Shown piece by piece: positions 10,213 to 21,528 of a stretch of 64,000 nucleotides of DNA; within the stretch, counting starts at the first letter, position 1, and each line of letters starts with the position of its first letter. This DNA comes from an uncultured Gemmatimonadota bacterium (GTDB taxonomy: Bacteria; JAAXHH01), in NCBI GenBank assembly GCA_951812955.1, contig OX638340.1, forward strand, positions 2,496,001 to 2,560,000, in the 5' to 3' direction. The notes beneath the pieces are model-generated. The model did no database searches, was not told where the DNA came from, and saw nothing but the letters and a program-made list of their open reading frames with translations. The position numbers and the translations under genes are program-made.

Positions 10213-13200
10213 TCAAGCCCTCGCTTCTCTCAATATCTCATGCCATTCCTGCAGGCTCTTCACGGAAATCTCGCTGCCCTCGTTCTTGAGCGCCTGGATG
10301 GCCTTGACCGCGGACCAGGCCCCCGATAGTGTGGTGATGCACGGGATGTTCTGCTCGATGGCGGCGCGTCGGATCATGTAGTCGTCGTCCCGCGCGCTTT
10401 TGCCCAGGGGCGTGTTGATGATGAGCTGGATGTCATTGCGGCGGATGTGGTCCACGATGTGCGGTTCGCCCTCCCAGACCTTGTTGACCTGGATGACTGT
10501 CAGGCCGGCGTCTTCCAGTGTCTGTCCGGTCCCGCTCGTCGCCATGATCGTGAAACCCAGGCCGGCGAGTTCGCGGGCGATATCGATAACGTTCTCATGA
10601 TCGAAGGCGTTGACGCTGACCAGGACGGTGCCGGACAGGGGCAGGGAGCCGCCCGCCGCGCTCTGTCCCTTTGCGAAGGCGATGCCCGGTTCCTCGTAGA
10701 TGCCCATTACCTCGCCGGTGGACTTCATCTCGGGCCCGAGCAGGCTGTCCGATCCCGCGAATTTGACGAAGGGCAGCACGACCTCCTTCACCGAGGCGTA
10801 GGGCGGGATGATCTCGTCGGTGAAGCCGAGTTCGCGCAATGTCTTCCCGGCCATGACCCGCGCCGCGAGCTGGGCCAGCGGGACGCCGATGGCCTTGGAC
10901 ACGAAAGGAATCGTCCGCGATGCGCGCGGATTGACTTCCAGCACGTAGACTACGTCGTTCTTGATGGCGTATTGCACGTTTATCAGGCCGACGACCTTGA
11001 GGCTTCGGGCCAGTGCGTGGGTGTAGGATCTCATCGTGTCGATGTGCATCGGCTTGACCATGTAGGGCGGAAGCACGCAGGCGCTGTCCCCGGAATGGAT
11101 GCCCGCTTCTTCGATGTGTTCCATGATCCCGCCCAGGACGACGTCCGTACCGTCGGAGATGGCGTCCACGTCGTATTCGAAGGCGTCCTCGAGGAACTTG
11201 TCGATGAGGATGGGATGTTCGGGGGACACGTGAACGGCGGTCCGCATGTAGTTCTTCAGGGAGTCGTCGTCGTAGACCAGGGCCATGTTGCGGCCACCGA
11301 GGACGTAGGAAGGCCGCACCAGCACCGGGTATCCGATCTCGCTCGCCACCCCGAGGGCCTCTTCGAATGAAAAGACCGTGCCGTGGGGCGGATGGGGGAT
11401 GCCCAGCTCCGTCGTCAGGGCGCCGAACCGCTTGCGGTCCTCGGCCAGGTCGATGCTGTCCGGCGAGGTGCCGATGACCGGGACGCCCGCGCGCTCCAGC
11501 GGCAGGGCCAGCTTGAGGGGCGTTTGTCCGCCGAACTGGACGATCACGCCGTCCGGTTTTTCGGTTTCGATTACGTTCATCACGTCTTCGAAGGTCAGGG
11601 GCTCGAAGAACAGCCGGTCCGAGATGTCGTAATCGGTGCTCACAGTCTCCGGATTGCTGTTGACCATGATCGTTTCGTACCCGTCCTCCTTCAGCGCCAT
11701 GACCGCCTGCACGCAACAGTAGTCGAACTCGATCCCCTGGCCGATGCGGTTTGGCCCGCCGCCCAGGATCATGATCGTCTTCCGCGTCTTAGGCCGGGTC
11801 TCGTTCTCGGTCTCGTAGGTCGAATAGTAGTAGGGCGTCATGGCCTCGAACTCGGCCGCGCAGGTGTCCACGGTCTTGAACACCGCGTCCACGCGCGCCT
11901 CCATGCGAAGGTTCCGTACCGCCCGTTCGTCGCTGCCGGTCAGGTAAGCGATCTGCACGTCGGAGAACCCGGCCTGCTTGGCCTTGTACAGCAGGTTCCG
12001 CGGCATGGATCCGTTCCGGTGCGCGCCGATTTCGCCCTCGAGTTCGACGATGTCCAGCAGGTTGTGGAGAAACCAGGGATCGACCCCCGTCAACCCATAG
12101 ATCTCTTCGATGGGCATGCCGAGCTGGAGGGCGGTCCTGATCTGGAAGATGCGCTCCGCCGTGGGCCGGGACATCTGTTCCCTGAGGTCGTTCAGCATGC
12201 CGTCCGCACGCCCCGCGGCCAGGCCGCCGGCGTCAACCTCGTCCTTCCCGTCCGCGCCGAGGCCGTGGCGGTCTATCTCCAGGCCACGGAGACCTTTCTG
12301 GACCGCTTCCTTGAACGTCCTGCCGATGGCCATGGTCTCGCCCACCGACTTCATCTGCGTACCGAGCTGTGTATCGGCGTTGGGGAATTTCTCGAAGGCC
12401 CAGCGCGGGATCTTCACCACCACGTAGTCGATCGTGGGTTCGAACGAAGCCGGCGTCTCCCGGGTGATGTCGTTGGGTATTTCGTCCAACGTGTACCCGA
12501 CGGCAAGCTTAGCGGCGATCTTGGCGATTGGGAAGCCCGTGGCCTTGGAAGCCAGGGCCGAACTGCGGGACACGCGGGGGTTCATTTCGATGGCCAGGAT
12601 GCGGCCGTTTTCGGGGCTGACGGCGAACTGGATGTTCGATCCGCCCGTCTCCACGCCGATTTCCCGGATCACCTTGATCGAGGCGTCCCGGAGCTCCTGG
12701 TATTCCTTGTCCGTGAGCGTCTGCGCGGGCGCGACCGTGATGCTGTCGCCGGTGTGTACGCCCATGGGGTCGAAGTTCTCGATGGAGCAGATGATCACCA
12801 CGTTGTCGGCTAGGTCCCGCATGACCTCGAGTTCGTATTCCTTCCAGCCGATGACCGATTCCTCGATCAGCACCTCGGTGATGGGGCTGGTGGACAGTCC
12901 CCATTCGACGGCCTCGGCGTATTCCGACTCGCTGCGGGCGATGCTTCCGCCCGCGCCGCCCAGGGTGAAGGCCGGACGGATGATGGCGGGGAACCCCGTG
13001 TCCTTCACCAGTTCCCACGCCTCGTCGACGGTCCGCGCGAAGCCTCCCCGGGGAACCTCCAGGCCGATGCGCCCCATGGCCTCCTGGAACAGCTCCCGGT
13101 CCTCCGCCATCTTGATGGCCTCGAGCTTGGCGCCGATTAGTTCGACTCCGTGGCGTTCCAGGACGCCCGATTCGGCGAGTTCGACGGCGACGTTAAGCGC

Positions 13201-13482
13201 CGTCTGCCCACCCAGCGTAGGCAACAGTACGTCGGGCCGCTCGCGCCGGATGATCTTTTCTACGTATTCCGCGGTGATGGGCTCGACGTAGGTCCGGTCC
13301 GCCATGTCCGGGTCCGTCATGATCGTGGCCGGATTGCTGTTGATCAGCACGACCCGGTAGCCCTCTTCCCGGAGCGCCCGGCAGGCCTGGGTGCCGGAAT
13401 AGTCGAATTCGCAGGCCTGTCCGATTACGATCGGACCGGAGCCGATGATCAGGATGGATTCGATGTCGGTGCGTTTAGGCAA
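10213..13482 (-). CDS. carB: Carbamoyl-phosphate synthase large subunit CarB.
   Basis: The protein is 1089 aa with two ATP-grasp halves (N-terminal [22 protein letters not shown] and the repeated [20 protein letters not shown]) and a C-terminal MGS-like domain. carA is not in the window. Confidence 0.95.
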   Translation of the reverse strand: MPKRTDIESILIIGSGPIVIGQACEFDYSGTQACRALREEGYRVVLINSNPATIMTDPDMADRTYVEPITAEYVEKIIRRERPDVLLPTLGGQTALNVAVELAESGVLERHGVELIGAKLEAIKMAEDRELFQEAMGRIGLEVPRGGFARTVDEAWELVKDTGFPAIIRPAFTLGGAGGSIARSESEYAEAVEWGLSTSPITEVLIEESVIGWKEYELEVMRDLADNVVIICSIENFDPMGVHTGDSITVAPAQTLTDKEYQELRDASIKVIREIGVETGGSNIQFAVSPENGRILAIEMNPRVSRSSALASKATGFPIAKIAAKLAVGYTLDEIPNDITRETPASFEPTIDYVVVKIPRWAFEKFPNADTQLGTQMKSVGETMAIGRTFKEAVQKGLRGLEIDRHGLGADGKDEVDAGGLAAGRADGMLNDLREQMSRPTAERIFQIRTALQLGMPIEEIYGLTGVDPWFLHNLLDIVELEGEIGAHRNGSMPRNLLYKAKQAGFSDVQIAYLTGSDERAVRNLRMEARVDAVFKTVDTCAAEFEAMTPYYYSTYETENETRPKTRKTIMILGGGPNRIGQGIEFDYCCVQAVMALKEDGYETIMVNSNPETVSTDYDISDRLFFEPLTFEDVMNVIETEKPDGVIVQFGGQTPLKLALPLERAGVPVIGTSPDSIDLAEDRKRFGALTTELGIPHPPHGTVFSFEEALGVASEIGYPVLVRPSYVLGGRNMALVYDDDSLKNYMRTAVHVSPEHPILIDKFLEDAFEYDVDAISDGTDVVLGGIMEHIEEAGIHSGDSACVLPPYMVKPMHIDTMRSYTHALARSLKVVGLINVQYAIKNDVVYVLEVNPRASRTIPFVSKAIGVPLAQLAARVMAGKTLRELGFTDEIIPPYASVKEVVLPFVKFAGSDSLLGPEMKSTGEVMGIYEEPGIAFAKGQSAAGGSLPLSGTVLVSVNAFDHENVIDIARELAGLGFTIMATSGTGQTLEDAGLTVIQVNKVWEGEPHIVDHIRRNDIQLIINTPLGKSARDDDYMIRRAAIEQNIPCITTLSGAWSAVKAIQALKNEGSEISVKSLQEWHEILREARA

Positions 13483-13628
13483 GATGGCCCTCGCGGGCGG
13501 CCGCGTCGCGGCTCGGGGATTTCATGTTTAAACAGTCAATGCAAATCGTTAGAATATATACGCGGGGAGCCGGCCCTGCAACGTTAAAACGGGAATGGGG
13601 CGCGCGTTTCAAGACGCCCCGCGGCATC

Positions 13629-16325
13629 TCATTCCAGCGACCGGAGCAGGACGTCCTGGGCGGCTTCGAAACCGGGCGCGATCTCCAGGGCTTTCAGCGC
13701 GGCCTTCCTGGCGTCGTCCTTCCTTCCCGCCGCCAGGTACGCACGAGCCAGGTCGTATTGCGCCTGAACCCTGTCGGTGGTTTCAACCGCCAGTACCGCT
13801 TCGTAATCCGGAACGGCGAGATGAGGCCTCCCGTCCCCTTCGAACAAGCTGCCGCGCAGTTTCCGGACCTCCCCGTCAAAGGGATCGATCATGACGGCGC
13901 GTTCCAGAATTCGGAGTGCGTCCCCGCGCCTGCCTTGACGGGCATACAGCCGGGCCAGCGTCTTGCAGGACGCGATATCGTCCTCATCCACGGCCGTAAT
14001 CGCCTCGAGTACCTCCATCGCCGCTTCGGTGTTGTCCAGCTCGAGGTAGATTTCCGCCAGCAGTTCGTGAGGATTGCCGGGGTGCGTGTAATGCCCGTAG
14101 AGGGCCCGGGCGCGTTCGAGCGGCGACACGGCTTCTTCGAAACGCGCCTGTGCGTGCAATGCCTGGCCCAGCATAAGGTGGGCGTAGAAACTCTCCGGGT
14201 GGCCGTCGGCCATCTCCTCCAGTGCAGCCAGGGACAGCTTCTCGTTCCCCGGCGGCTTGAATCGAAGTACGCGCCGGAGTCCGGCGCTCCGCTTCCCGGC
14301 ATAGTCCGCGAAAGCCCGGTCGAGGTCGCCCATGGACACTCCCAGCACCTCGCGAACGATTTCAGCGGTGGTTCGATTCTCGTTGTACAGGTTCAGCATG
14401 CCCCGGACCGCGTCGAATCCAAAGGCGTCCACGATGTATTCCACGACGATCGAGGCCTGGTAGTAGGAAAGGACGACCTGGCCACGGGATTTAGGCCGGG
14501 TGAAACCCCGGTTCAGCTCGCTGACGGCGAGCAATTCGCCCTGGACCGCCGCCTCCGCAAATTCCGCCTCCAGGTCCATGTCCCACTCAGGTCGGGCGAG
14601 ACGGGTCTCGTAGACGGCGATGCCCTCCGCCAGCCAGCGGGGGATGCGGTTGCGCGTCTGCTGCAGATGGATGACGTGGACGTACTCGTGCCAGAGCGTC
14701 TGGCCCCAGTTGAACGTCCCCTTTTCCCGGGCGCGGGGTGAATTCGCTACCACTACCTCCCCGAAACAGACCCCGAGCAGGCCGCCGGTCCCCGGCACGC
14801 CGGCGATACGCACCATGAAGTCGTCGTTGTCCGGCAGGATCTCGACGAGCACGGGTTCATCCGGCACGAAGCCGTATCGCGGCGCGATCGTCCGGTGGGC
14901 TTCTTCGAGCAGGCCAAGGGCCATTTTACCGTAAACGGCATCTTCGTCGCGATGAAGCTTCAGCGTGAAACGGTCGCTGGTCCGGGTCTCGAAATCTTCG
15001 AAGGAATCGAGTAGCTCCAGCGTATTGTACGTGCGGGTATTGAAGGAGTCTTTGTCGAACGCCTGTTCAAGCATTCGCCGGCCTTCCGCCATCTCGCCGA
15101 CACGGGTCAGGTTGATCCCCAGCCCGGCATAGGCCGACCAGAGAGCGGGGTCGGTTTCGATCGCCCTGCGGCCCATTTCCACGGCCTCCCGGAACCGGTA
15201 GCGCCGCGTAAGTAGGTCGGCGATGACCTCATAGAGCCGGCCATAGGAAGGATTGATCCCGAGAACGCGCCTGCGCGCCGCTTCGTATTCGGCCTCGCGG
15301 CCCTGGCCATGATAGGCGGCGGCCAGCAGGGCATGGGTCTCCGGTGATTCCGGGTTGACAACCAGGGTTTGATTCAACTGGCCGATCGCATCGTCATAGG
15401 CTTCGTCCGTCAGGTGGAGTTCCGCGAGGAAATGGCGTCCCTCCATTAACGCTGGGTTGATCGCGAGCGCCTTCCGCACCGCGGCCTCCGCCTGTACCGC
15501 CTGTTTCTCCGCAAGCGCTTCGGCGAGTCCGATCAGGGCCGGTGGATAGTCGGGGTCGATTTTCAGTGCGTCTTCGAAGACGGAAACCGCCTCCGCCCGG
15601 TTGTGCTTGTCGAGGAAGAGGCGGCCCCACGCTACGTAGGCATCGATTAATTCGCTGTCGACACGGGTCGCCGCCGTCAGAAAGGTGTTGGCCTCGTGAA
15701 CCAGCTCAAGGTACTTCGCGGCGAGTCCCGCGGCCATCAGGTCCGGTGCGTTCGGCAGCCCATCCGTTCTGCTGCCTTTCAGTATGTCGCGGCACAGCTC
15801 GAGGGCTTCCGCCGTCCTGCCCGTCGTGAAATACACCTCCGCGAACCGGAGGGTGGCCAGGGAAGGCCTCCCCCGGGTAAACCGCCTGGCGTCCAGCGCA
15901 GACTCCGCTTCGTCGTACCTCCCCAGGCGCAGGTACAGGCTACCCAGCAACTCGCGCATCTCGTTCGTTGCGCCCGCGACCCCCGCCTCGCTCGAGGCAT
16001 CCGCCTTCCCCACCTCGCCCGTCAGAAGTTCGACGGCCTGCCCATACTGGCCGACAGACGCGTGAAGCCGGGCCAGCGCCAGGGTCATTTCAATACGGCG
16101 CGTCTCCTCCCCGCGGTCACGGGCTTCGGCGGTGAACAAGCGGGCATTCCGCCTCGAAATCTCCGATCGGAGTCCATCGATCCGGTCCACGTAGCGCTGG
16201 CGCGCCGCGCGTCCTTCTTCAAACGCTTCTTCGAAGGCGGCGCCGTCCTGGGCGGATGCTCGGGGACCGATTCCCGCCACGGTGAGCAGGAGTAAAACCG
16301 GGAGCAAATGGACGGATCGTATCAT
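13629..16325 (-). CDS. Secreted TPR-repeat protein with an embedded HExxH zincin-like (peptidase MA-like) module.
   Basis: There is a signal peptide (MIRSVHLLPVLLLLTVAGIGPRASAQ) and multiple TPR-like A/L/Y-rich 34-aa repeats across the protein. A single WHEYVHVIHL motif with a downstream E-rich segment sits in the C-terminal third. Confidence 0.68.
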   Translation of the reverse strand: MIRSVHLLPVLLLLTVAGIGPRASAQDGAAFEEAFEEGRAARQRYVDRIDGLRSEISRRNARLFTAEARDRGEETRRIEMTLALARLHASVGQYGQAVELLTGEVGKADASSEAGVAGATNEMRELLGSLYLRLGRYDEAESALDARRFTRGRPSLATLRFAEVYFTTGRTAEALELCRDILKGSRTDGLPNAPDLMAAGLAAKYLELVHEANTFLTAATRVDSELIDAYVAWGRLFLDKHNRAEAVSVFEDALKIDPDYPPALIGLAEALAEKQAVQAEAAVRKALAINPALMEGRHFLAELHLTDEAYDDAIGQLNQTLVVNPESPETHALLAAAYHGQGREAEYEAARRRVLGINPSYGRLYEVIADLLTRRYRFREAVEMGRRAIETDPALWSAYAGLGINLTRVGEMAEGRRMLEQAFDKDSFNTRTYNTLELLDSFEDFETRTSDRFTLKLHRDEDAVYGKMALGLLEEAHRTIAPRYGFVPDEPVLVEILPDNDDFMVRIAGVPGTGGLLGVCFGEVVVANSPRAREKGTFNWGQTLWHEYVHVIHLQQTRNRIPRWLAEGIAVYETRLARPEWDMDLEAEFAEAAVQGELLAVSELNRGFTRPKSRGQVVLSYYQASIVVEYIVDAFGFDAVRGMLNLYNENRTTAEIVREVLGVSMGDLDRAFADYAGKRSAGLRRVLRFKPPGNEKLSLAALEEMADGHPESFYAHLMLGQALHAQARFEEAVSPLERARALYGHYTHPGNPHELLAEIYLELDNTEAAMEVLEAITAVDEDDIASCKTLARLYARQGRRGDALRILERAVMIDPFDGEVRKLRGSLFEGDGRPHLAVPDYEAVLAVETTDRVQAQYDLARAYLAAGRKDDARKAALKALEIAPGFEAAQDVLLRSLE

Positions 16326-16383
16326 GACGGAACGCACAGTTAGTATGGAGTTAAATATATTATTGATAACGACTTATGGCGTA

Positions 16384-18951
16384 TTATCGAAATATAGACA
16401 GACGGGAATTTCCTGTCAAGAGAAAGCCATCCAGCACTTGCCTGGGTGAAGGACCGAGGGGTTCCGGCGGAGCGAAGTTATAAAGATCCCAGGACCGGCC
16501 GTTGGTGCGAATGACGACCGCGCCGCCCAGGTCCGTTCTGTACACTTCCGCTCCCCGCCGCCTGTATCGCTCGATGATCTGGGGCGAGGGGTGTCGGAAG
16601 CGGTTGTACATGCCGGCGGAAACGGCCACGGCCTCCGGGTCGACGGCGTTCAGGAAGGCGAAGCTGCTCGACGTGTTGCTCCCGTGATGGGGCGATTTGA
16701 GCACCGTACTTTTCAGTGTGGACGGCCAACGGCCGGTCGCGGCCTCCGCCCTTTCCTCGATGTCACCGGTCAGCAGCATGCTGAATTTACCGTAGAACAG
16801 GCGCAGGACCACAGACACCTCGTTGGCATGGTTTTTCGCGGCACCGGTCAGGAATAGGGGGTCGGGATGGAGAAATAGGCCGCGCACGTCGCCCAGAGCC
16901 GCCAGGGTGTCTCCCTTTACAACTGTACGGTACGGAATGCCGTGCAGGTCGACGGTCTCCCGCCATGCCCGGTAGGATCCGGACTCCGACGGCACGCCGC
17001 TCGAGACGACCTCGCCCACTTCCACGGACTCCACCACGGCCGAAAGTCCACCGTAGTGGTCCAGGTGTGGGTGGGTTACGATCATCGTATCCACGCGCCG
17101 GTAGCCCCCGGCGCGCAGGAAAGGCACGATGACGCGGGCGCCTGCGTCCCAGGTGGGCGACCTGGGACCGCCGTCGACCAGCAGGGTGCGCCCGTTGGGA
17201 CAGGCAATGAAGATGGCGTCGCCCTGTCCGACGTCGAGGACGGTGATCTCAAGCGACCGTTCGGGCAGCAGGCTGTAGCAGAAGAGCAGGATGGAAAGGG
17301 CCACCAGTCCCAGCCGTGCCCGGCGCTCCCGGGGAGCGCCGGGGTTCCAGAGCAGCAGCAGGCCGGCGGCATAAAACGACGCGAAAAAAAGGCCGGAAGG
17401 CGCCGGTACTTTTACCAGTGCGGTTGGCACGCTGGACAAGAACTTCGAGAGATGGATCATGACAAACAGGACCAGGGCGTTTGCGGCGCTGAACAGACGG
17501 GCTATTTCGAAGAAAAGGGGACCGGTCAGGGCGGTGAGAACGCCGAAGGTCGTATTCAGAAAGACCAGCGGCCCGATAAAGAGATTTGCGACCGCCGACA
17601 TCCAGGAAACCTGGTAGAACGTGCCCGCCACCACGGGCAGCGTGCCCAGCTGCGCCGCGATCGAGACCAGCAACCCGTCCCGCAGCCATCGGGACCACCA
17701 CTTCTCCGACCGGGAAAGCCGTTCGGGCAGCAGCTCTTTCATCCTGGGATAACCCGAGATGATGGCGTAGGTCGCGAGAAAAGAAAGCTGGAAGCTCAGG
17801 TCGAAAAGCGCCGAGGGCCAGATCAGGAGTATGACGACGGCCGCCACGGCCAGGATGTTGACGGTGTCGGTCTGCCGATCCAGCTGACGGCCTGCCAGAA
17901 AGAGCGCCGCCATGATCGTGGCCCGGATGACCGAAGGCGTCAGGTTGGTGATGAAGGCGTACAGCACCAGGACGCCCAGCGTGCCGGCTACGACGATGTG
18001 CCGCGGGAGTCTGAGGACGAAAAGCAGCGTATGGATCACCAGGGTGATCAGGCCGACGTGCAGTCCGGAAACGGCCAGGATATGGGCCAGGCCGATCGTC
18101 TTGAAGGTGTCGAGCAGCTCTTCGGGCAGCTGGCGCCGCGCGCCGAGGAGAATGCCTTTCAGCAGGGCGGCGGAATCACCCCGCATGGTCCGGTCGATTG
18201 ATCGCTCGATGCTGTTTCGGAGCGGGTCTATGACGCCGGTCTGCCAGGTGAACGACCGGTTGCGCCGCGTCACGCGATAGCTTGCGGGATCGCGCACGCT
18301 CACGAGCGCGTGGATTCCCCGGCTCTCGTAGTAGGTGCGCGCGTCGAAGCCGCCGGGATTCCGGGCAGGTTGCGGACGGCGCAGGCGGCCCGAAACGAGG
18401 ACCCGGTCGCCGTACCGGCCGGGGTCGATACCGTTGGTCAGGCGAACCTGAAGGCGTCCCGCTACCGGCGAATTACGGCCAGCCGCGGATTCCGACCCGG
18501 CCCGATCAGCCGGAAACCGTCCGGCGGCCGAAAATCGCCCGGTGGCCGGCGACATGCCACGGGATACCTCTGGAGTCCGCCCGGCAACACCAAGGGAGAT
18601 GGAATCAGCGTCCAGGGTGACGACCGTGAATCGGGATCTGACCTCGGGCGTGCGGACGATCGTGCCCGTCAGGGTGTGGCGCTCCCGCTGGTCGCTGAGT
18701 CGCCGGATGTCGTTAGACGGCACGACCCGCATCTGCGCCGCGTACCAGAAAGCGCCCGCGAACACGAGGCACAGGGCCATGCAGATCCGTGGGGATATAG
18801 CGGCGGGACCACGGGTGCGGTAGAGCACGTAACCGGACGCGATAGCCGCCATAGAACACAGCGCGAAAAGCATCGGAGATACGGCGACGCGATGACCCAG
18901 CAGGATACCGAGTACGTAGCAGACCGCGATGAACAGGGCCGGGCGCCGCAT
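16384..18951 (-). CDS. comEC: DNA internalization-related competence protein ComEC/Rec2.
   Basis: The N-terminal region is polytopic, the central segment is the competence domain, and the C-terminus is a metallo-beta-lactamase (VLDVGQGDAIFIACPNG, MIVTHPHLDHYGGL). It is 855 aa. Confidence 0.85.
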   Translation of the reverse strand: MRRPALFIAVCYVLGILLGHRVAVSPMLFALCSMAAIASGYVLYRTRGPAAISPRICMALCLVFAGAFWYAAQMRVVPSNDIRRLSDQRERHTLTGTIVRTPEVRSRFTVVTLDADSISLGVAGRTPEVSRGMSPATGRFSAAGRFPADRAGSESAAGRNSPVAGRLQVRLTNGIDPGRYGDRVLVSGRLRRPQPARNPGGFDARTYYESRGIHALVSVRDPASYRVTRRNRSFTWQTGVIDPLRNSIERSIDRTMRGDSAALLKGILLGARRQLPEELLDTFKTIGLAHILAVSGLHVGLITLVIHTLLFVLRLPRHIVVAGTLGVLVLYAFITNLTPSVIRATIMAALFLAGRQLDRQTDTVNILAVAAVVILLIWPSALFDLSFQLSFLATYAIISGYPRMKELLPERLSRSEKWWSRWLRDGLLVSIAAQLGTLPVVAGTFYQVSWMSAVANLFIGPLVFLNTTFGVLTALTGPLFFEIARLFSAANALVLFVMIHLSKFLSSVPTALVKVPAPSGLFFASFYAAGLLLLWNPGAPRERRARLGLVALSILLFCYSLLPERSLEITVLDVGQGDAIFIACPNGRTLLVDGGPRSPTWDAGARVIVPFLRAGGYRRVDTMIVTHPHLDHYGGLSAVVESVEVGEVVSSGVPSESGSYRAWRETVDLHGIPYRTVVKGDTLAALGDVRGLFLHPDPLFLTGAAKNHANEVSVVLRLFYGKFSMLLTGDIEERAEAATGRWPSTLKSTVLKSPHHGSNTSSSFAFLNAVDPEAVAVSAGMYNRFRHPSPQIIERYRRRGAEVYRTDLGGAVVIRTNGRSWDLYNFAPPEPLGPSPRQVLDGFLLTGNSRLSIFR

Positions 18952-19076
18952 GAGCTGCTGTTTCTCTCCATAAAGTGAAGGCGGTCGACAGGATGAGAGG
19001 CTGAATCCGGTGATATGGGTTTTCCACCAGGATTACCTGCTTACTAAGCCATTTCGCTCACCGGTTGCGATATCCT

Positions 19077-19769
19077 TTAGTCCCCCACGATCTTCCCGTC
19101 ACGCAGTCGCAGGATCCGGTCGCAGTGCCTGGCGACGTGCTCTTCATGGGTCACCAGCACGATCGTATGTCCGTCCCCGTTCAGGCGATCGAATATCGCC
19201 ATGACCTCCTCCCCGGTCCCGCTGTCCAGGTTTCCGGTGGGTTCGTCCGCCAGAATGATGGACGGTTCGTTGACCAGCGCACGGGCGATGGCCACACGCT
19301 GGCGTTGTCCGCCGGACATCTCGTTGGGCCGGTGGCGGGCCCGGTCGGCGACACCCACCGCGTCCAGGGCCTCCATGGATCGTCGACTCCTTTCCATTCT
19401 GTTCATCCCACGGTAGAGGAGCGGCAATTCCACATTGCGCAGGGCGTCCATTCTCGGAAGCAAGTTGAAAGCCTGGAACACGAACCCGATCTTGCGGTTC
19501 CGGATGAAAGCCTGTTCATCGTCCGAAAGGTCTCCAACCGGTCTGCCGTCAAGTTCGTAGCTGCCCGCCGTCGGCGTATCCAGGCAACCCAGGATGTTCA
19601 TCAGGGTGGATTTCCCGGAACCCGACTGCCCCATCACAGCTACGTACTCACCCCGGTCTATGGTGGCGGAGACGCCCCGGAGCGCGGTAATGCGGTCGCC
19701 TCCCATGGGGAAGGACTTATGCAGGTTTACGATGGAGATAAGGGACGAGGAACGGATGGATCGATGCAC
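19077..19769 (-). CDS. MacB/LolD-type ABC transporter ATP-binding protein (cassette C).
   Basis: It has Walker [10 protein letters not shown], the Q-loop, the signature [15 protein letters not shown], Walker [12 protein letters not shown] and an H-loop. It has a GTG start with AGGAAG 6 nt upstream. Confidence 0.85.
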   Translation of the reverse strand: MHRSIRSSSLISIVNLHKSFPMGGDRITALRGVSATIDRGEYVAVMGQSGSGKSTLMNILGCLDTPTAGSYELDGRPVGDLSDDEQAFIRNRKIGFVFQAFNLLPRMDALRNVELPLLYRGMNRMERSRRSMEALDAVGVADRARHRPNEMSGGQRQRVAIARALVNEPSIILADEPTGNLDSGTGEEVMAIFDRLNGDGHTIVLVTHEEHVARHCDRILRLRDGKIVGD

Positions 19770-19812
19770 GACGGCTTCCTGTGACCGGGTGTGTGATTCG
19801 GTTCTATACAGG

Positions 19813-19842
19813 TATAGTCGTGGTTAAATGGGAAATCTCGTA
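19813..19842. repeat. Leader motif copy S1 (TATAGTCGTGGTTaaaTGGGAAATCTCGTA), 45-75 nt upstream of the cassette-C ATPase start on the coding strand.
   Basis: The 30-mer is read directly and recurs at 21613-21642 and, with 4 mismatches, at 26475-26504. About 95 bp of extended homology between S1 and S3 (19762-19845 versus 26406-26504) includes the GTGCATC start-codon region. Confidence 0.75.
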
Positions 19843-19991
19843 CGGGTTGCTGAATTGACAGGGTGTTCTCAATACCTGGAGTATGTTGTCAATACAAATG
19901 GTAACCAGTTGGGTTGACGGGACGTTTGCATCTCTATACCATAGTCGTTGCCCCTAATCATGAAATTGCCCCTGACCAAGGAACCAGTGAC

Positions 19992-20597
19992 ATGTCCGCT
20001 CCCGCCTCACGCATGAATGCCCGGCTATTTCTTTACGCAGCTGTCGCAGCCCTCGTCGCATTTAGCATCACCCTCTTCTGGCGCAATTATCAACAAAATC
20101 AAGACCTTCAGATTCTGCAGCATGGGCTATACAACGCCCAGGTAGAAATCCGCGTGCTGCAGGCGACCAATATGTTCGGGGCGCCCTTTATCACCCCCTT
20201 CCCCATGGTCGACCAGCACGGCCAACCTGCTGCATTACCGAATTTCGGTAATGGTCACCTGCTCCTCCTGTTTTTTAATGCGACGCATAGTCCATTTCGC
20301 CTCGACCTGATGTCTACATTTGGGTCGGTGATCGGAGACAATGTCCCGGTTATCGGCATTCTCCAGGCAGAATCGGCCGAGGAGATCTCGCCGATCGTGG
20401 ATCAATTCAGGTACAGCTTTCCGGTGTATCTGGCCGTCGATTCGCCCTTTGATCTGCCGTTTACACCCTACTGCGTGCTGATCGATGGATCCGGCAACGT
20501 GGTACACCTGTCACCCATCGCACCCGTCGGGTCCGCCGATACCCGATCGGTGGAGGCACTTATTTCGGAATTTGCGCAGTTGCTAGAGGGCGGGTAA
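19992..20597 (+). CDS. Hypothetical membrane-anchored protein with a thioredoxin/redoxin-like fold signature that lacks the CxxC motif.
   Basis: It has an N-terminal TM helix (LFLYAAVAALVAFSITLFW). A redoxin-like segment HLLLLFFNATHSPF sits where TlpA/ResA proteins carry WCxxC. This is a low-GC gene. Confidence 0.5.
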   Translation: MSAPASRMNARLFLYAAVAALVAFSITLFWRNYQQNQDLQILQHGLYNAQVEIRVLQATNMFGAPFITPFPMVDQHGQPAALPNFGNGHLLLLFFNATHSPFRLDLMSTFGSVIGDNVPVIGILQAESAEEISPIVDQFRYSFPVYLAVDSPFDLPFTPYCVLIDGSGNVVHLSPIAPVGSADTRSVEALISEFAQLLEGG

Positions 20598-20681
20598 GCC
20601 TTTTGCGCAACCTGGTGTGAAGTATCACCGGGCACCCGAAATGACGAATATGTACAATGTAAAACAAGGAGTAGCCTGATC

Positions 20682-21176
20682 ATGATCACTATTCACAAGG
20701 TGTTAATGGTATTATTGGTCCTGTCTGTAACCGCTTGTGGCGATGATGGTCAACCGAAGCAGGCAGGTCAATCGCAAATGGCTGGCCAACCGGACCAGGT
20801 TGGTCAAACGCCAACGGCAAGCCGACCGGACCCTGTGGCCGACCAGAAAGCTGGTATTTATCGGCCCACTACGGTGGACACGAAAGCTGAGATTGTTTAT
20901 TTTCCCCCTGTTCCCACCGACGTCGTCGATCTCGAATTCGATGGCCTCACAGTGATACAACTCGTTGTTGGTACTAATGGCAATGTAGACACGGCATTCG
21001 TCGAAAGATCGTCAGATCGCGTTTCTGTGGACTCTCTGATGCTGGACGTGGCTAAAAAAATGGTCTGGACGCCGGCAGTACATGACGGTGCCCGGGTAAA
21101 GATGCGAACCTCGATCCCGTTTATGTTCAAGATACCCACTCCAACCCCTGGCGAGGAGACCGTCACCGAGGAATAA
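20682..21176 (+). CDS. Lipoprotein with a C-terminal TonB-C-like domain (cassette C partner).
   Basis: It has a lipoprotein signal (LVLSVTAC). The C-terminal roughly 90 aa fit the TonB C-terminal pattern (P-x-P...VVDLEF...G-V..A-V..SS....LD.AA...V..W.P....G.V....IPF.F). This is a low-GC gene. Confidence 0.68.
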   Translation: MITIHKVLMVLLVLSVTACGDDGQPKQAGQSQMAGQPDQVGQTPTASRPDPVADQKAGIYRPTTVDTKAEIVYFPPVPTDVVDLEFDGLTVIQLVVGTNGNVDTAFVERSSDRVSVDSLMLDVAKKMVWTPAVHDGARVKMRTSIPFMFKIPTPTPGEETVTEE

Positions 21177-21528
21177 GGATCAACGTGAGATACCCCGCAG
21201 ATCGACCGTGAATGCCCTCGTCTTATCAAACCTGCTGTTTCGTTTCGAAGGAGTTACATATCCGGGCGAAGGCCCAAGCAGGCCTTCTATCCGGGAATTA
21301 CGCACGCCCAGGTGCGCAATCCGTTTTTCAATCTACGAAACCCGCTCATCAAGGTGGGCGATACGGTCGCCCAGGCGTATATCGAGTTGAGATATGCGGG
21401 TATCGAGGCTGCGCCAGACAAAGAGCAGGATCCCGATTGCGACGACATTGCTTATGACGTTTGTGGCGTCCACGATCATCTCTTGACTATGTTATTTAAA
21501 AAGTTCCAGCTTCGACATCCTTCGATCT

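Noticed and set aside
9033-10381. ORFs 9033-9725, 9474-10289, 9750-10151 and 9797-10381 overlapping argJ.
   Set aside because: They are alternative frames of a well-conserved argJ. Their products are low-complexity with no recognisable motifs.
10447-12813. Large plus-strand ORFs (10447-11370 and 11383-12813) and a minus-strand 10595-11716 ORF inside carB.
   Set aside because: They run antisense to, or out of frame with, a strongly conserved carB. Their translations are Arg/Gly/Pro-rich, typical of spurious open frames in high-GC DNA.
16942-18201. A 419-aa plus-strand ORF antisense to comEC.
   Set aside because: It is a high-GC antisense artefact, with an R/G/D/Q-rich product and no domain signatures.
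21208-21457. Small plus-strand ORFs between the TonB-C lipoprotein gene and the ATPase fragment.
   Set aside because: They have no motifs or RBS and overlap the region of the decayed ATPase. They are likely non-coding.
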